Part shown: one piece after another, positions 37,370 through 49,949 of the stretch | Position numbering within the stretch: the stretch's first letter is position 1 | Layout of the letters: each line of letters starts with the position of its first letter | Source of the DNA: Cetorhinus maximus | Lineage: Eukaryota | Direction: 5' to 3' | Assembly (NCBI RefSeq): GCF_964194155.1 | Contig: NC_135883.1 | Span: 6,324,001-6,388,000, forward strand | Length of the DNA: 64,000 nucleotides | The notes under the pieces: generated by a model | Databases searched by the model: none | Seen by the model: the letters and a program-made list of their open reading frames with translations, nothing else | What the model was told of the DNA's origin: nothing | Position numbers and translations under genes: made by a program

Positions 37370-38423
37370 GGGCCGGGATTTTCCGTGCCCACCGATGTCG
37401 AGCATGTTCGGTGGCGTGAAACCAGTTTGCGCTCGTTGCTCATCCCACCAATGGCGGGCCGTGTTTCCCACCATTGGACATCGGGAACCACATTATTAGG
37501 CTGTCCCGCTGGAATCATTCACCCCACACTGGATCATCTTCAAACATCAGTGGGAAAACACGCCGATGTGTTTCACAACAGCACGTAAGCCGCGAGCACC
37601 TGGCAGGCTGCACTTTGCTTGGGACTTCAAGGTTTATTTGCCTACCTTGCTTCGGTCAGCACTCGCAGTCATCAGTGCCAGGCTTCACAGACAGCATCAC
37701 ATCACTTTTAGGAGGGCTTATGGCAGGTCTCTACCTACCAGATCAGCCATATGTGGGTGGCTTTTCAATGGCTGCAGGGCAAGGGCTTGCTTGGGGAAGG
37801 GGGAGAAATGGCCTCAGACAAGGGAAGAGGCTGCACTGTACTGGGGAAGGGGGGTATCCCAGGGTGTGTGTGTGGGGGCACATGTTGATCTGTGCAAGTG
37901 GCCTCAAGATGGTGAGGGTTGAGGAGGCAGTCTGCAGAGGAGATGAGGCCAGATGGGTATGTGAGGGTGTGTGTGTGTGAGAATGGGTGATGTTGTCCCT
38001 TGAGCTGGCAGTGAGTCCGATGCCAGTGGATGTGTGATGGGCTTGAGTGTGTGTGAGTTTAGAGTGATGAGATGGTTACCATACCCTGGCTGGACAGATG
38101 AGATCATTCATCCTTTATCTGCATTGGATAGCCAACTTCTTCTGTGCAGCATTGGCACTGATCACCACTGCCACCGCCTTCCAAGTCTGGTTGGTCATGC
38201 TGCTGCCCATCCTGTGGCCAGAGCTGGGGTAGAGGACATTGCGGTGGGTCTCTATGGGGCCCAGGTCACTAAACCTGGGGGCCGCAGTCTTATTGCCTTT
38301 CGTGGACATCTTCCCTGCAGTAGTCCTGGGCTGGGAACGCTGATGTGTGCATGCCTCTGGACTTTAAATATGGCACCCTTCGTGATGAAGCGGCGAGGTG
38401 ATGGCGTGGCGGGTTGAAACATG

Positions 38424-39176
38424 GGGCTGAATCTTCCGCTTGGCGAGCAGGTGCAGGGGCGGGGCCTGCTCGACGAGGCATAAAATGACACAGGGTGACA
38501 TCGGTCGTGTTTCCCGACGTCGCCAAGCATCATTCAGGCTTTCGGTTTGGCGGGCATGCACCCGAGTCGGCTGCACACCCACCGAGCTGTCAAAGGCCAT
38601 TTAACACTCAATTAAAATAATTAACGGAACTGCCTGTCCAACCTTAAGGTTGGCGGGGGGGGCGGGGTAGGTGAAGAGCCCAGGCGGCCTTCGCATTTTT
38701 CATGGAGCCTCATCCACGGGCGGGAGGAGGTTTCATGAAGGATTTTAAATTTTGACGAAAACTTTTATTGAAATTAATGCACATGCCCCAGCTCATGTGA
38801 CAGTTCCACATGAGAGGACATGTCATCAAAATTTTCTCACCACCTTATTGAACTGGTAAAACTTAAAACTGATCTCCCTGGGACACACAGATTTCTACTC
38901 TCTTTCGCGCGCACATGCACGACAGAGCACACTCCCAACTCAGGCAACTCCCAACTCAGGCAACTCCCAACTCAGGCAACTCCCCCACCCCCCACCCAGC
39001 CCGCACGGAGTGCTCTGCGCTCCCGGGTGCACGTCACCCTAGGCGGACTTTAATCGGCCAGCCTACATAAAATAGCGGCGCGAACCCGATCAGGAGCGCC
39101 GATCGGGCCCTTGCCCGCTCCCACCCAACCCCCGCCCCCCACCCTCCCCAACCCCGACAGGCAGAAAGTTCTGCCC
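38424..39176. mobile_element. Harbinger-type MITE (hairpin-chain family) nested in the previous element
   Basis: Ends GGGCTGAATCTT / AAAGTTCTGCCC. Shares CCAACCTTAAGGTTGG and other motifs with 41871-42595. Confidence 0.85.
38931..38984. repeat. 16-bp tandem repeat, about 3.4 copies
   Basis: (ACTCCCAACTCAGGCA)3 followed by ACTCCC, perfect copies. Confidence 0.95.
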
Positions 39177-39309
39177 AGTGTGTTTCCCAGGAAATGCATA
39201 ACTGATGCGGCGGGTTTGGAACGATATGGCATGAAAAGCCACCATTGCAGTAAAACATCATTTTACCCGCCCACCACCAAACTTAGTGCAAATCTGGGAC
39301 GAATCTGTG

Positions 39310-40065
39310 CATGGGTTGCTGCAATTTAAAATCTTACACCATATCCATCTATCCAAGATGAAATGATTTTGATCCAGCCTGTGATAATTGTCATCCTGCT
39401 CCAACTTCTCTGATTCATATTGTGCTGGTCGTGTCCTAAATTGGCTTTGTTTTACAGAAAAATCTTTAGATCACTCTCTCATATTTTCAATAGCAACATT
39501 GAACCTTCTGCTATTACCGCACCCATTGGAGTGGAACCAAGTGGCATCTCTCTGATCAAAATTCAGACTGATGCACTCGCCTTTTCAACATTATTGGCTA
39601 GAGGTATTATTCTATTACATTGGAAACAGTCTGCCCCATCTCCTTTAACTAATTGGATACAAGATCTTATGCAGGATCTTAAACTTGAGAAAATAAAGTG
39701 CTCTACAAGAGGCTCCATGGATTTGATGTAGCTTGGCAACCTTCCTTAGATTACTTTGAGGAATCTCTACTTTCATATAACTGACCCTAATTAGGTTGTA
39801 TGTATTGTATGGGGTGAAACTACACCTGATCTGTGATTTGTTGTTGATTTTCTTATTATTTATTTTTTAGGGGGCTGGGGAGGGGTTTAATTCTCTTTCC
39901 TTTTTTCGTCTTCTTCCTCCTACTTCTCTGCCTTTCTTTCTCTTCCAAATGTAAGTGTATTGAATTATTGCTATACTGTGAGCTTTGTTTGTACAGTTAC
40001 TTATTATGATTGCTGTTAATTTTTTAAAATAAAGTATTAATTTTTTTTTAAAGTAAAAAATAAAG
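39310..40065 (+). mobile_element. L1-clade LINE ORF2 end and 3' UTR (part 2)
   Basis: GLLQFKILH..CDNC..H..WSCPKL (cysteine-rich domain) and ILLHWKQSAP, then a T-rich UTR and AATAAA/A-rich end. Confidence 0.85.
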
Positions 40066-40235
40066 GAATGGGAAAGAAAATAGACTCTGAGTTGTAGAAT
40101 GGTTACGGCACAGATGAAAGCCATTCAGCCCATTGTGCCAGCTCTCTGCAAGAGCAACTAACCTCATCGCACTCCACTGCCTTTCCCCAAACCTCTGCAA
40201 ACATTTTCAGAAGAAACCAAACCAGAAAGGAACTA

Positions 40236-40407
40236 AAAGCAAAAAAACTGCGGATGCTGGAAATCCAAAACAAAAACAGAAACAGAAATAGCTGGAAAAA
40301 CTCAGCAGGTCTGGCAGCATCGGTGGAGGAGAGCACAGTTGACGTTTCAGGTCCTCGTCAATTGTGCTCTCCTCCGCCGATGCTGCCAGACCTGCTGAGT
40401 TTTTCCG
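40236..40407. mobile_element. Fold-back insertion of the hammerhead-bearing family seen at 25332
   Basis: 51-bp inverted arms at 40294-40344 / 40356-40406 with an 11-nt loop. The 11-bp TSD GAAAGGAACTA lies at 40225-40235 and 40408-40418. Confidence 0.88.
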
Positions 40408-41870
40408 GAAAGGAACTATCCGTACAATGACTTGTAATCTATTTAAGTGAATGTCGACTGAAATAATCTTTACATCGAGCAGTAGAAAGAGAGGTTAAAG
40501 AAATTAGCAAAACAAAATGTCCAAAAAGCCAAGGCATTGAGAGCCGCACAAAAGGACAAGGTAATAAGAGCACAGCCCCAAACACCAGTTTGCTTGTTGA
40601 TTCCACACTAACTGACTGATTGTTATTTCAACACATTTAGTTCTTGCTTTTTGAAATAAATCACACATTGTTAACATTAATTTCAACAATAAATTGAGGG
40701 CCATTGCTACCTATTTGGGTTTCCAGACCGTGTGTCAGTTCTGCACAAAGCCAACAGCGCTTATCTGCCGATCCTGTTGTCATTCTTTTGTTGCTGAACT
40801 GTTAGGGAAACTGCATATCAGTGCAGACCAGTTCAGAGAAAAGTGCACTCTGACCCCTATTTTTCATGACATTCTAAGCACTTTATTTTAGAACCCTTAC
40901 AATGTGGCTAGTCATGGGCACAGAAAATCCTGCACCATAGTAAAAGACACCACAGACACTGAAATTACATTGATTTTATTTTTTACCATTGGGCTTTGAA
41001 TTTATGGCAATAAGTTTCCGATTATATTCTTGAGCTCTCGTTACTAACCTGGCTGGCAAATTGTCCCTTTTATCCTCTACTAATATTCTCAGGATCCTTC
41101 AGCCACACAGAATAAAGAGTAACTCTCAGATGACTGATGAGACATTCGCAGAGCATATCTTTAGAATGGTTGTCTAACTCTCACCCACAGTGCTTGAGGG
41201 TGTGTTTTGGGGCTTTTATCCTTGTTAAAGAATGCTGGTGAGATGCCATTTGACGTGGTGAAGTTGTCAGTCTGTATATTTTCTATAAGAATTAGAATAT
41301 TATGAATCACAAAGTCTCCCATTCCAGGCAATATGTCTTGGCATCTGTTCTTTTTCCCTCCTACTAAGCATTTCTTCCATTGAGATATCTAATTAAGCAG
41401 TTCAGACTACCAGTCAATTCAGTGACATGTCTAATTAAGGCCAGAGCATGAAACATCCGACAGATGAAATTTGATGAAATGATACCTTCTGTTATGCTTT
41501 TGCTTTGGATTTATTTATTTGGATTTATATTTCTTCTGACAATTAATATCTTGTGCTGTAGCAGTCCACAGCCAAGCCTGGAAATTACACTGCAACATGA
41601 TTCTATGAAATCTTAGTATATCCAGATCAAATTATTCTCGCTGCTATTTCAAGAGTGGCTAATTTGCATAAAACAAAGCTTCAAATGAACAGGCTAACGC
41701 TGTCATTAAAACAACAAGCTGTGAACTTTGGAACAAACTTAATGTTTAAGTGACGTTAACCTGAAATGAAATAAGCAGCCATCCTTCTTGTGTGAGCCTT
41801 CATTGTGAGTATTGCTCAATTTCTTAACTGCAAAGCCCATCAGAGCTAAACCTGACCACATCCTTCCCTG

Positions 41871-42595
41871 GGGCAGAATTTTGCCGTCGGCGAGCAGGGG
41901 GCGGAGCCTGCTCACCCAAATGTAAAATGACGCGGGATAGTGTCGGGCGGAACCCCCGACGTCATCCCGCCCCATTTAAATTTTCAGGAAGGCGGGGGCG
42001 CAGCAAAATCAGCTGCGGGCCCACCTACCTGTCAATGGCCAATTGAGGCCATTGACAGGATCAATTATACAATTAAAGGACCTGCCCGTCCAACCTTAAG
42101 GTTGGCGGACAAGCCAGGAGCCCCGGCGGGGAATAGAAAAAACATGAAACCTCATCCAGCGGCGGGATGAGGTTTCATGCAGGGTTTTAAAAAGCTTAAT
42201 AAAGTTATTACGTAAATTGTGAACATGTCCCATCTCATGTGGCATTGTCACATGAGGAAGACATGTTAGGGAATTTTGTTTTTCTATGTTTAATATTGTT
42301 CAAATTGTCAGCGATCTCCCTGAGGCAGCACTTAGCCTCAGGGAGATGTGCGCTCTTTCGTGCGCATGTGTGAAAGAGCGCACTCTCGCTTTTGGGGAAT
42401 CCTGCCACCCCCCCCCCCTCCCCACTCCTGCACAGGGAGCGCATAGTGCTTTCTGCCGGACATCACGCTGGGTGGGCCTTAATTGGCCCGCCCATGTAAA
42501 ATGGCATTGGGGCCCGCTTCTCCGGCGGGGATCAGCTCCCCGCCCGCCAGAGATTGGGTCGGGCCCGCCCGCCCGACAGGCAGAAAACTCTGCCC
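41871..42595. mobile_element. Harbinger-type MITE (hairpin-chain family, best preserved copy)
   Basis: TIRs GGGCAGAATTTT / AAAACTCTGCCC, perfect TSD CTG, GC-rich subterminal regions. Confidence 0.92.
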
Positions 42596-45519
42596 CTGGT
42601 GTCCAAGTTTTCATCTATTTAAGTATAGTCACACTGGAGAGCAATCACAGGGGATTCCTTTTTCTCACTCGCTGATCAGGCAGTGACCTCATTGCTGCAC
42701 TTGCTGAGAGTCATCAGCTTAGGACTGAAGCTTATCCCAATTAAAATCATGGAGATCAACGACCAAGCACCATAATTGGTGTGGTTTACACAGCCATTGC
42801 CAGCCTGTCCTTCACATCTTCTGTTTCTCGCTTGATTGAAGTTCACTGACAGTCAGAATATGTGTACAGTCTGTGAAAGGATTACAAAACACCTGAAGCA
42901 TTTACTTAAAAAAAAAGAGAGCACAAAGCTTTTGAAAATGAGCCATAATATGCTCTGGGTGACATGTAAACTCAAGCCAAGGAAATTAATTATTGTTGAG
43001 ACAGCCACTTGCTCCATCCCCAACCTGACTCCAACAAATACAGGAATCACCTTGACCAATGAATATTTGATCAACTATGTTTATAATAACTTTAAACTAA
43101 CTTCCAGATTTTTGTTCCCGGTTTTTTTTTGAAGGAATTAATTGATACGGAATCAACTGGCTCTGTTGGGAGTCTTGCATACGTGAAAAAAGTTAACTCC
43201 TAATTTCAGTTCGCATTTAAGGCTTGTTAATGACTAAACTGTGTCCTATGGTTCTATACTCCCAGTCCGAGGCATATAATTAGTTCAAGAAACATTGAGA
43301 GACGACAAGCCCTGGATATGGTCAATCTAAAGTTGGTAGAATTTTTTTAAGGACTGGCCACTCGGCAATGATGATGAGATTGATTAATGTTGGCAGGCTC
43401 ACCCGAGTCCTTGACTAGGTTCAAATGGGCACACTGTGTTTACATGAAGAGTTTTCTTTATAATTGTGGTAATGGAAATGTAAAAATAAAAACAGAATAT
43501 ATTACTTCAAAATAGGTCCTGAGTTAGGCCTGTATGTTGTAGTTCACTTGCCTCTGCCCTCATCACATTTTATCTAAAAACTAAATTTTAATGTTGACTC
43601 CCTGGACTGAATTTTTCTAGTGCCGTGGAGGCAGATTTCAAAGGTGGGAGAAGCTAGGAAAATAAGTAGCTCCCCAATACCTTCCCGCCGCCAAGGGAAT
43701 TTCCCAGGAGCGGGCTGGAACAAAACTGGCAGCCGGCTCCCTGGAGGTGGGCAGCCAATTAGGCCAATTTAGGCCCTACTCAGGCGCCGTTTCCCAAAGT
43801 CAAGGGCAGCTCGCCAGGGACCTATTGGAGCCAGAGTCTCCATGACTCAATGAAGGAGTTGCTGGGATGAGAGGCTGCTGCTGTGGCCAAAATCACTCCT
43901 GTAGAGGCATTGTTGGCCCTTCTCTGATGTGGGCCCTCTGATTGGGCCTCCCGCCTCAGGAACACAATGGAATGGCAAGCGTGGAGGTGACAAATTAGGA
44001 GGTGACTCTTCAAAGGTTGCACTGGTGGGTGCCTTGATGCCAAGTGCGGGCTCAAGACCCCACCTTATCACCCCAACATCCTGGTCCCGTGCCTGCCACA
44101 ACATTCAGCTCCCTGTGTGTCTCAATCAATAAGAGATCGACTGACTAGTGTTTTTTTTAAAATGGTAATGCCTACATACCTTGGCTAAATTATCCTTTAT
44201 TCTCTAAATCCACTTAAATTGAAAACTACACTTCACGAAACGACATGAAAGATCAACTAGTAACCCATTAAAAATCTTACATCCGTGCACAATTCTGTTA
44301 TAAATTCCTATATCCACAACTGCTAATGTAAACTTGTACTCCTGCTGATACAACCTTGCACAACTTGTGGTGCAATAGTGTCCCAATTTTTCATCTCTCA
44401 GCTCCTCAACTACAGTTCAACCAACTCCAACTCTCTTTTTTGCTTTCGAAATTGCCGAAGCTTTTTCCATTCCCCCTCTGATAATGTTATGTGAAAGAAA
44501 GGCAAAATGTTGGACTTTAAAATGTGTCGCTGAATTACATTGCTGCGTCCCGTTTGATTAATAGCTTCCCCTCTAACCCCACTTCACCTCAAGACTACAC
44601 TTGGTTTTTATTTCCCCCTTTGCGTTGCCACGAGAGATCAACTGCGTCGATAAATTTCTTAACAAGTGGCAGTGCGCATTGAAAATCATTCTGACAGCAT
44701 GCTTGTGTCCCTGCTTTCACCAGCAGTGACAATCCCGAGAAATTTATTTTCAGTCTGCAGCAGACTGCGTTGGATCCAGGTGTTAGGAGTTGGCATCGGC
44801 AGCTTTTAAACGTGGAGCTTTGGGTGAAATTCCGAAAAGGTCCCATGGAAAAGGTTGCTAACGTTTTCGATTTCGTGATGTCCTACTTATTTTAAACTAA
44901 TCATTTTGCAATAACCGTCGTGGATCCATTCAATCACCTATTATTTAATAGTAACTCAGACCAGTGGGCTGCAGGAATAACTGAGATGAAAAACTAATGG
45001 CATCTGTTTCAGAGTCTAACTCCCATGAATTGCTTTGTTACATCTAGGGCAGCATCTACGCCCTCCACTCTATTAATAAACAGAAGGGCTGCACAAAGGA
45101 ACAGCAAATCTCATCCAATATTCATGACACTGGGAATGCTATTAGAGAGGTCATCGTACTCTCCTGTGTGCTGGGTTCTCTGGAAGATCTGAATCGCAGT
45201 ACCACTTTGCATTGAGCACCAAGCATCACTTCATTGCCTTCGGTTTTTATTTTAGTGGTAAATGCAAGGTTAACAGTTGTCAATATTTAGTTAGGACACT
45301 GCCCATAAAACTAAGTCTGCGTAGAAATCAGTCATCATGCTAACCTTTCTCACTTTCCCCGTGAAACTCTTTACGAGGTTTTTTTTAAACTGTAGCATGT
45401 GTTTATAAGTGGAAGGTTTCGCTTTGTGATGGGGCCAATTCCTTCAAAATACTCACTAAAAAAAGCCTGGACTTAGAGAAAAAAAAGGCCATCAGCTGGA
45501 GATGCAGAATTGTGACCAT

Positions 45520-46288
45520 GGGGTGAATTTTACTGGGGTGGGTGGGGTGGGGTAGGTGGTGGTGAGGCATATTGCGCACCCCCACCCCCCAATAGTCAAG
45601 TCAGTCTTAAGCTGACAAAAGTTTTTTAAAAAAAGGCTGATCCCCAATGATAATATGCTGGGGGCAGCCTCACCAAACTGAGAGTGGGACTTCCATCCCT
45701 CAGGGAAGGGAAATCCAGCCCCCCCCAGAGCTGCTGGCCAATCAAACTGGTCAGCAGCGCCAGAACTCATTGGTGACCCGCTGCTGGCACTACAAGAAAT
45801 CCCGAGGAGAAGGAACATGAGTGCCAGGTGAAAAGGTGAGTGTGGGGGTTATGGTCGGGGAGGGATTTGTGACCCTAAGGGAGCGGGGCAGGGGTCGGGC
45901 GGGTCAGGTTCTGGAGGCCAAGGGCCTCGTGGGGCACAGGGCACCCCCCCCCCCCCCCCCCCCCCAAAGGAGATACCCTCCCTTCCTTCCCACCTTTTAG
46001 TCCAGGTTGGTGGAAAATTGGGCTGACCTCCTTCATTCTGCCTTCCCCAGCCACACATATTATTGCGGTGGAGACAGAAACAGGACCTCAACTGGTCATT
46101 AAATGGCCAGTTAAGGGCCTCAGTAGGCCTGAGGGTGAGCAAGCTGGCTGATGCCTTACCCCACTCACTGTATTATGGGGAATAGCTCGGGGTGGGCAGG
46201 AAGGCAGTGGGCGGGCCACCCATTCAATTTTATGTGCTTCCTCACCTCCAGATATGCTGGTAGCAGGGGTGGCCATAAAATTCAGACC
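45520..46288. mobile_element. Harbinger-type MITE
   Basis: TIRs GGGGTGAATTTTA / TAAAATTCAGACC and TSD CAT. Confidence 0.8.
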
Positions 46289-46336
46289 CATGATTAAAAT
46301 TTGAACTCTGGGCCTACAGTGGCATCGGGCAGCTCA

Positions 46337-47064
46337 GGGCAGAATCTTCCGGTTGGCGTGCGGGGGTGGGCCCCGCACACCGACGCTTAAAATGATGCAC
46401 GGTAATGTCGGGCGTGCGTCCGGAAGTCACTGCGCATCATTCCGATCTTCAGTTCAGCAGGCGCGCACCAGAGTTGGCTCTGCGCCCGCCGAACTGTCGA
46501 AGGCCTATTAAGGCCATTTACCCACTAATTGAATTGATTGTCTGGGCTGCCCGTCCAACCTTAAGGTCGGTGGGGGGGCAGGCGAAGAGCCCAGGCGGCC
46601 TTCGCATTTCTCATGAAACCTCATCCACGAGCGGGATGAGGTTTCATGAAGGCTTTATAAATTAAATTAAAATTTTTTATTGAAATACATAAACATGTCT
46701 CAGCTCATGTGACACTATCACATGAGGGAACACGCCTGAGTAATTTTTTAAATTCTTTTTTTTCCATTTGTCATAATGAAATTAATCTCCCTGAGGCAGC
46801 TCTGTGCCTCAGGGAGGTTTCTGCGCTCTTTTGCGCACATGCACGAAAGAGCGCAGGCCCCGACTCCTCCTCCTCACCCCCCACCCCCCCCCCCGCCCGG
46901 ACAGGTAGCGCTGAGCGCTTCCAGGTGCGCGTCACACTGGGCAGTCCTTAATTAGCCCGGCCACGTAAAATGGCGGCACGCAGCCAATCGCAGGTGGCAA
47001 TCGGCTGCGCCCCTGCCCACGCCCACTCCCGCCCAGCCCGCACGACGGGGAGAAAACTCTCCCC
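46337..47064. mobile_element. Harbinger-type MITE (hairpin-chain family)
   Basis: Ends GGGCAGAATCTT / AAAACTCTCCCC, probable TSD CAG, colinear with 41871-42595. Confidence 0.88.
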
Positions 47065-47069
47065 CAGCA

Positions 47070-47560
47070 CTTTGCTTGATATTAGTCAAGCAGACCACCA
47101 CCATGACTCCTCCGACATCCGTCTCCATGACTACTCTCCTGAAGCTTCGCCAGAAGGGAGCCTTAAGTGTACATGGCTATTCTTAGCCTTGGCAGCCACA
47201 AGAGTAAGGTGATGGGGAGCCTTGGAGATATAGGGGAGAGGAATCTTGGCAAATGAAGTGTGAAACCAAGAGAACTCAGATACATAGAGCAGGTGCAAGA
47301 GGGTCTAATTGGAAGCAACTAACAGCCAGACTGAGGCCACATCATTTTTAAAGTTGAATTTAGGGTGCTAGGGGTATTGCAGAGGCATGCTGATAGGCCA
47401 TGTTGAAAATGCACAGCGAATGATGTGAAATCAGAGGAGCAGAAAATCTCATTTGTGGTCAAAAAAAAAAAGTTGAACAGTCTCCTCTTTGAGAATGACC
47501 AATAATGAGTGTACGTAGGCGTAAACCACTTTTCCTTTTCCCAGCCTCTCTTAACAGTGC
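47070..47560 (-). mobile_element. Possible highly degraded Harbinger transposase fragment
   Basis: Weak minus-strand resemblance (THYWSFS..; SSDFTSFAVH) to the transposase N-terminal region. Not alignable with confidence by eye. Confidence 0.3.
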
Positions 47561-49267
47561 TTTGCTGGTACATTAATCAAGTGTTTCTGAACTCAAAAAT
47601 GGAAGTATTGAAACGTTGACACCCAAACATCATAGGCTTCTTTGTATCAACAATTGGACCCTGAAGTTGTCAAAATACAGCAATGTTGACAAGCTGATTG
47701 TCTTCAGTCTGGAATGGCACAGTGGGTTTGTAGCCAAATGGTTCAGCTGCCAAATTTAAGACCAGCAGTGAGCAGCCTCCTTCCCAGTTCGAAATGCTGA
47801 TCCTCACCCTTAAACCCAAAACAGAAAGAAATCAGTGGGGGCCAAATAAGCTCATGTTGAACTCTCATTTGGCTTTGACGGGCCTGTGTATTGGCTGCGG
47901 ACAGAAGAGCTGCCATCAAAGTAAAGGTGAGGAAAATATTCTGAGGTTACGTTCACTTTCTGTCATTGTCCAGGAGAACTTAATCGCTCTTTAAGTAGAC
48001 TGACAGTACTTTGTGAGAAAAGACTCACAGCAGCTTTGTACTTGGTGGTGCAGAACAAGCAGGACGGCCTAGTTGCCCGCGAAACAGCATCGGCCTGGTA
48101 GATGAAGAAATGTACATGATGTAACTCATTGCAGCATAGAGCCAATTTTCAAATTAGATGGGCATCAAGTGGGCGGGGACATTGCCCTGGCCTCCTGATG
48201 TTGTGGTCTTATTCCAATAAAATTGGTGAGCTGATAGCAAGGGGGGGGATGGGGGTGGGGGGTGGAAAATCTTTACACCCTCCACAAAGCAGAGTCAGCT
48301 TAGATAAATTGGGTGTGGGTGGGGTGGGGAGTGCTGATGCTGGGAGGGGTAGAGGGATCGGCAATGGACGGAACAATATTACTGGAGCGAGGAAGATGGG
48401 CCAATATCGAGTAATTCATTGAGGAAATTTTTAACCTTTTTAAAGTGGCTTTGAGTGATCTCTTGATCCAGTGACAGACCAGAATTGCCTTGGCATCCTA
48501 AATACCTCATAACATCCTGATCTGAATGTACCAATTAAGCTCGCCTTATTGGACATCTAATTCTGGCCCCCATCAAAATTGCAGTGTACAGGAAGACCAG
48601 GCAAAGTTTTATTTCTGTGATATCTGCCTCGCTACCAGCACATTTTTTGATGGGAGCATGGTGGTAGCACAATTTGAATCAGCCCCATATTTTGCCAGTA
48701 AAGCCTCGAGCTGAGCTTGTGAAAAACATCTGAATCCTTTCACACCCAAAGAAATCATTTACATCACCCGGAAAGATAATACTGCAGTACGTGCCTCCCC
48801 TTGGAAGCTTTCTGCACTGAAGCTGAAAAGTAATCATCAGTCCTAAGTCACCCAGGAGCAATTAAGGTGTGAATGAGCAGCAACCTGGAAGCAGTCAGCA
48901 ATGTGGCAGGAGCTTTCCTTCGTTCGTTCTCTTCATCTTTCGAATGCTGTACTGCATTCAGGTGGGAGAAATTAACATATCTTAGGGAAGTAAACCCTGA
49001 ATACATTTTCATATGAATTGCTGCTTAACAAGTGGTTAATAAATAAGGTAGGCAATAATGGCAACTTGGTGTAGGTACTCCCAGGAGTATGGTACATGTG
49101 CAAAAGTTAATTATTAAGATTTAATGGCAAATTATTGCCTGGAGGTCCATAGTCATATAAGCCGCCTACTGTCTGTGGCACTGCTACTGGAAGAGCACTG
49201 AGAGCACTAACACAGTCACATATTCACAGCGTCATGAAAGTCATGGTCAGTGTTTTTAAGTCAAGGA

Positions 49268-49855
49268 TGGGCCCGACACACCGACGCGTAAAATGACGCG
49301 GGATGATGTCGGGCATGTTTCATTCGGTGGAGTCGGCCGATATTTAAACGGACTATTTAGGCCATTAAGGAATTAATTAAATGAAACTGTTGACGCTGCC
49401 CATCCAACCTTAAGGTTGGCGGGCAGGCGAAAAGGCCAAGCGGCCTTCACGTTTTTTAGGAAACCTCATCCACGAGCGGGAATCTTTTATGAAATATAAA
49501 AATATGTCCCCTCTCACGTGACTGTGTCACATGTGAGGACATGTTTAAATAAACTTTAGAGCCATTTAATTATTTGAAAACCGTTTCAATCTCCCTGAGG
49601 CAGCTCTGTGCCTCGGGGAGATTGAAGGGCTCTTTCCCGCACATGCGCAAAAGAACGCTGGCCCCGACCATCCCTCCTCCCCCCGCTCGCACAGGTAGCG
49701 CTCAGCGCCACGGCTCGTGTCTTACGCTGGGCGGGCCTTAAATGGCCCGCCCGTGTAAAACGGCGACATGGAGCCGATCGTGGGCGGCGATCATCTCCAT
49801 GACCACCCCCACCCGCTCTCCCCAAGCCCACCCGCCGCCTGAAAAATTCAGGCCC
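49268..49855. mobile_element. Harbinger-type MITE (hairpin-chain family), left end missing
   Basis: Right TIR AAAATTCAGGCCC, colinear with 41871-42595. Confidence 0.85.
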
Positions 49856-49949
49856 AAAGCACAGAAAGAGGCCATTTGGCACCCCACATTTGCACAATTA
49901 CCAGCGTACAATACAAAGCAAATTAACCCCTCCATTGTGATTTTTTTTT

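Larger units (their letters stand above)
37370..39309. mobile_element. Harbinger deletion derivative carrying a Myb/SANT fragment, inserted in L1
   Basis: Left TIR GGGCCGGGATTTTCC. The TSD CAT splits the L1 frame. Minus ORF 38115-38309 reads AAPRFSD..LYPSSG..TWKAVAVVISA..IQCR. Confidence 0.82.

Noticed and set aside
38931-38984. 16-bp repeat as CRISPR repeats or iterons
   Set aside because: No spacers. It is a slippage expansion private to one MITE copy.
45944-45965. Poly-C and G-run tracts (also near 13280, 23680, 48240) as functional G-quadruplexes
   Set aside because: Simple runs, mostly inside MITEs where they vary freely between copies. No evidence of constraint.
48801-48846. Minus-strand CTGATGA...GAAAGCTTC as another hammerhead
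   Set aside because: Stem I does not close next to the cleavage site, stem II pairs poorly, and there is no Penelope context.
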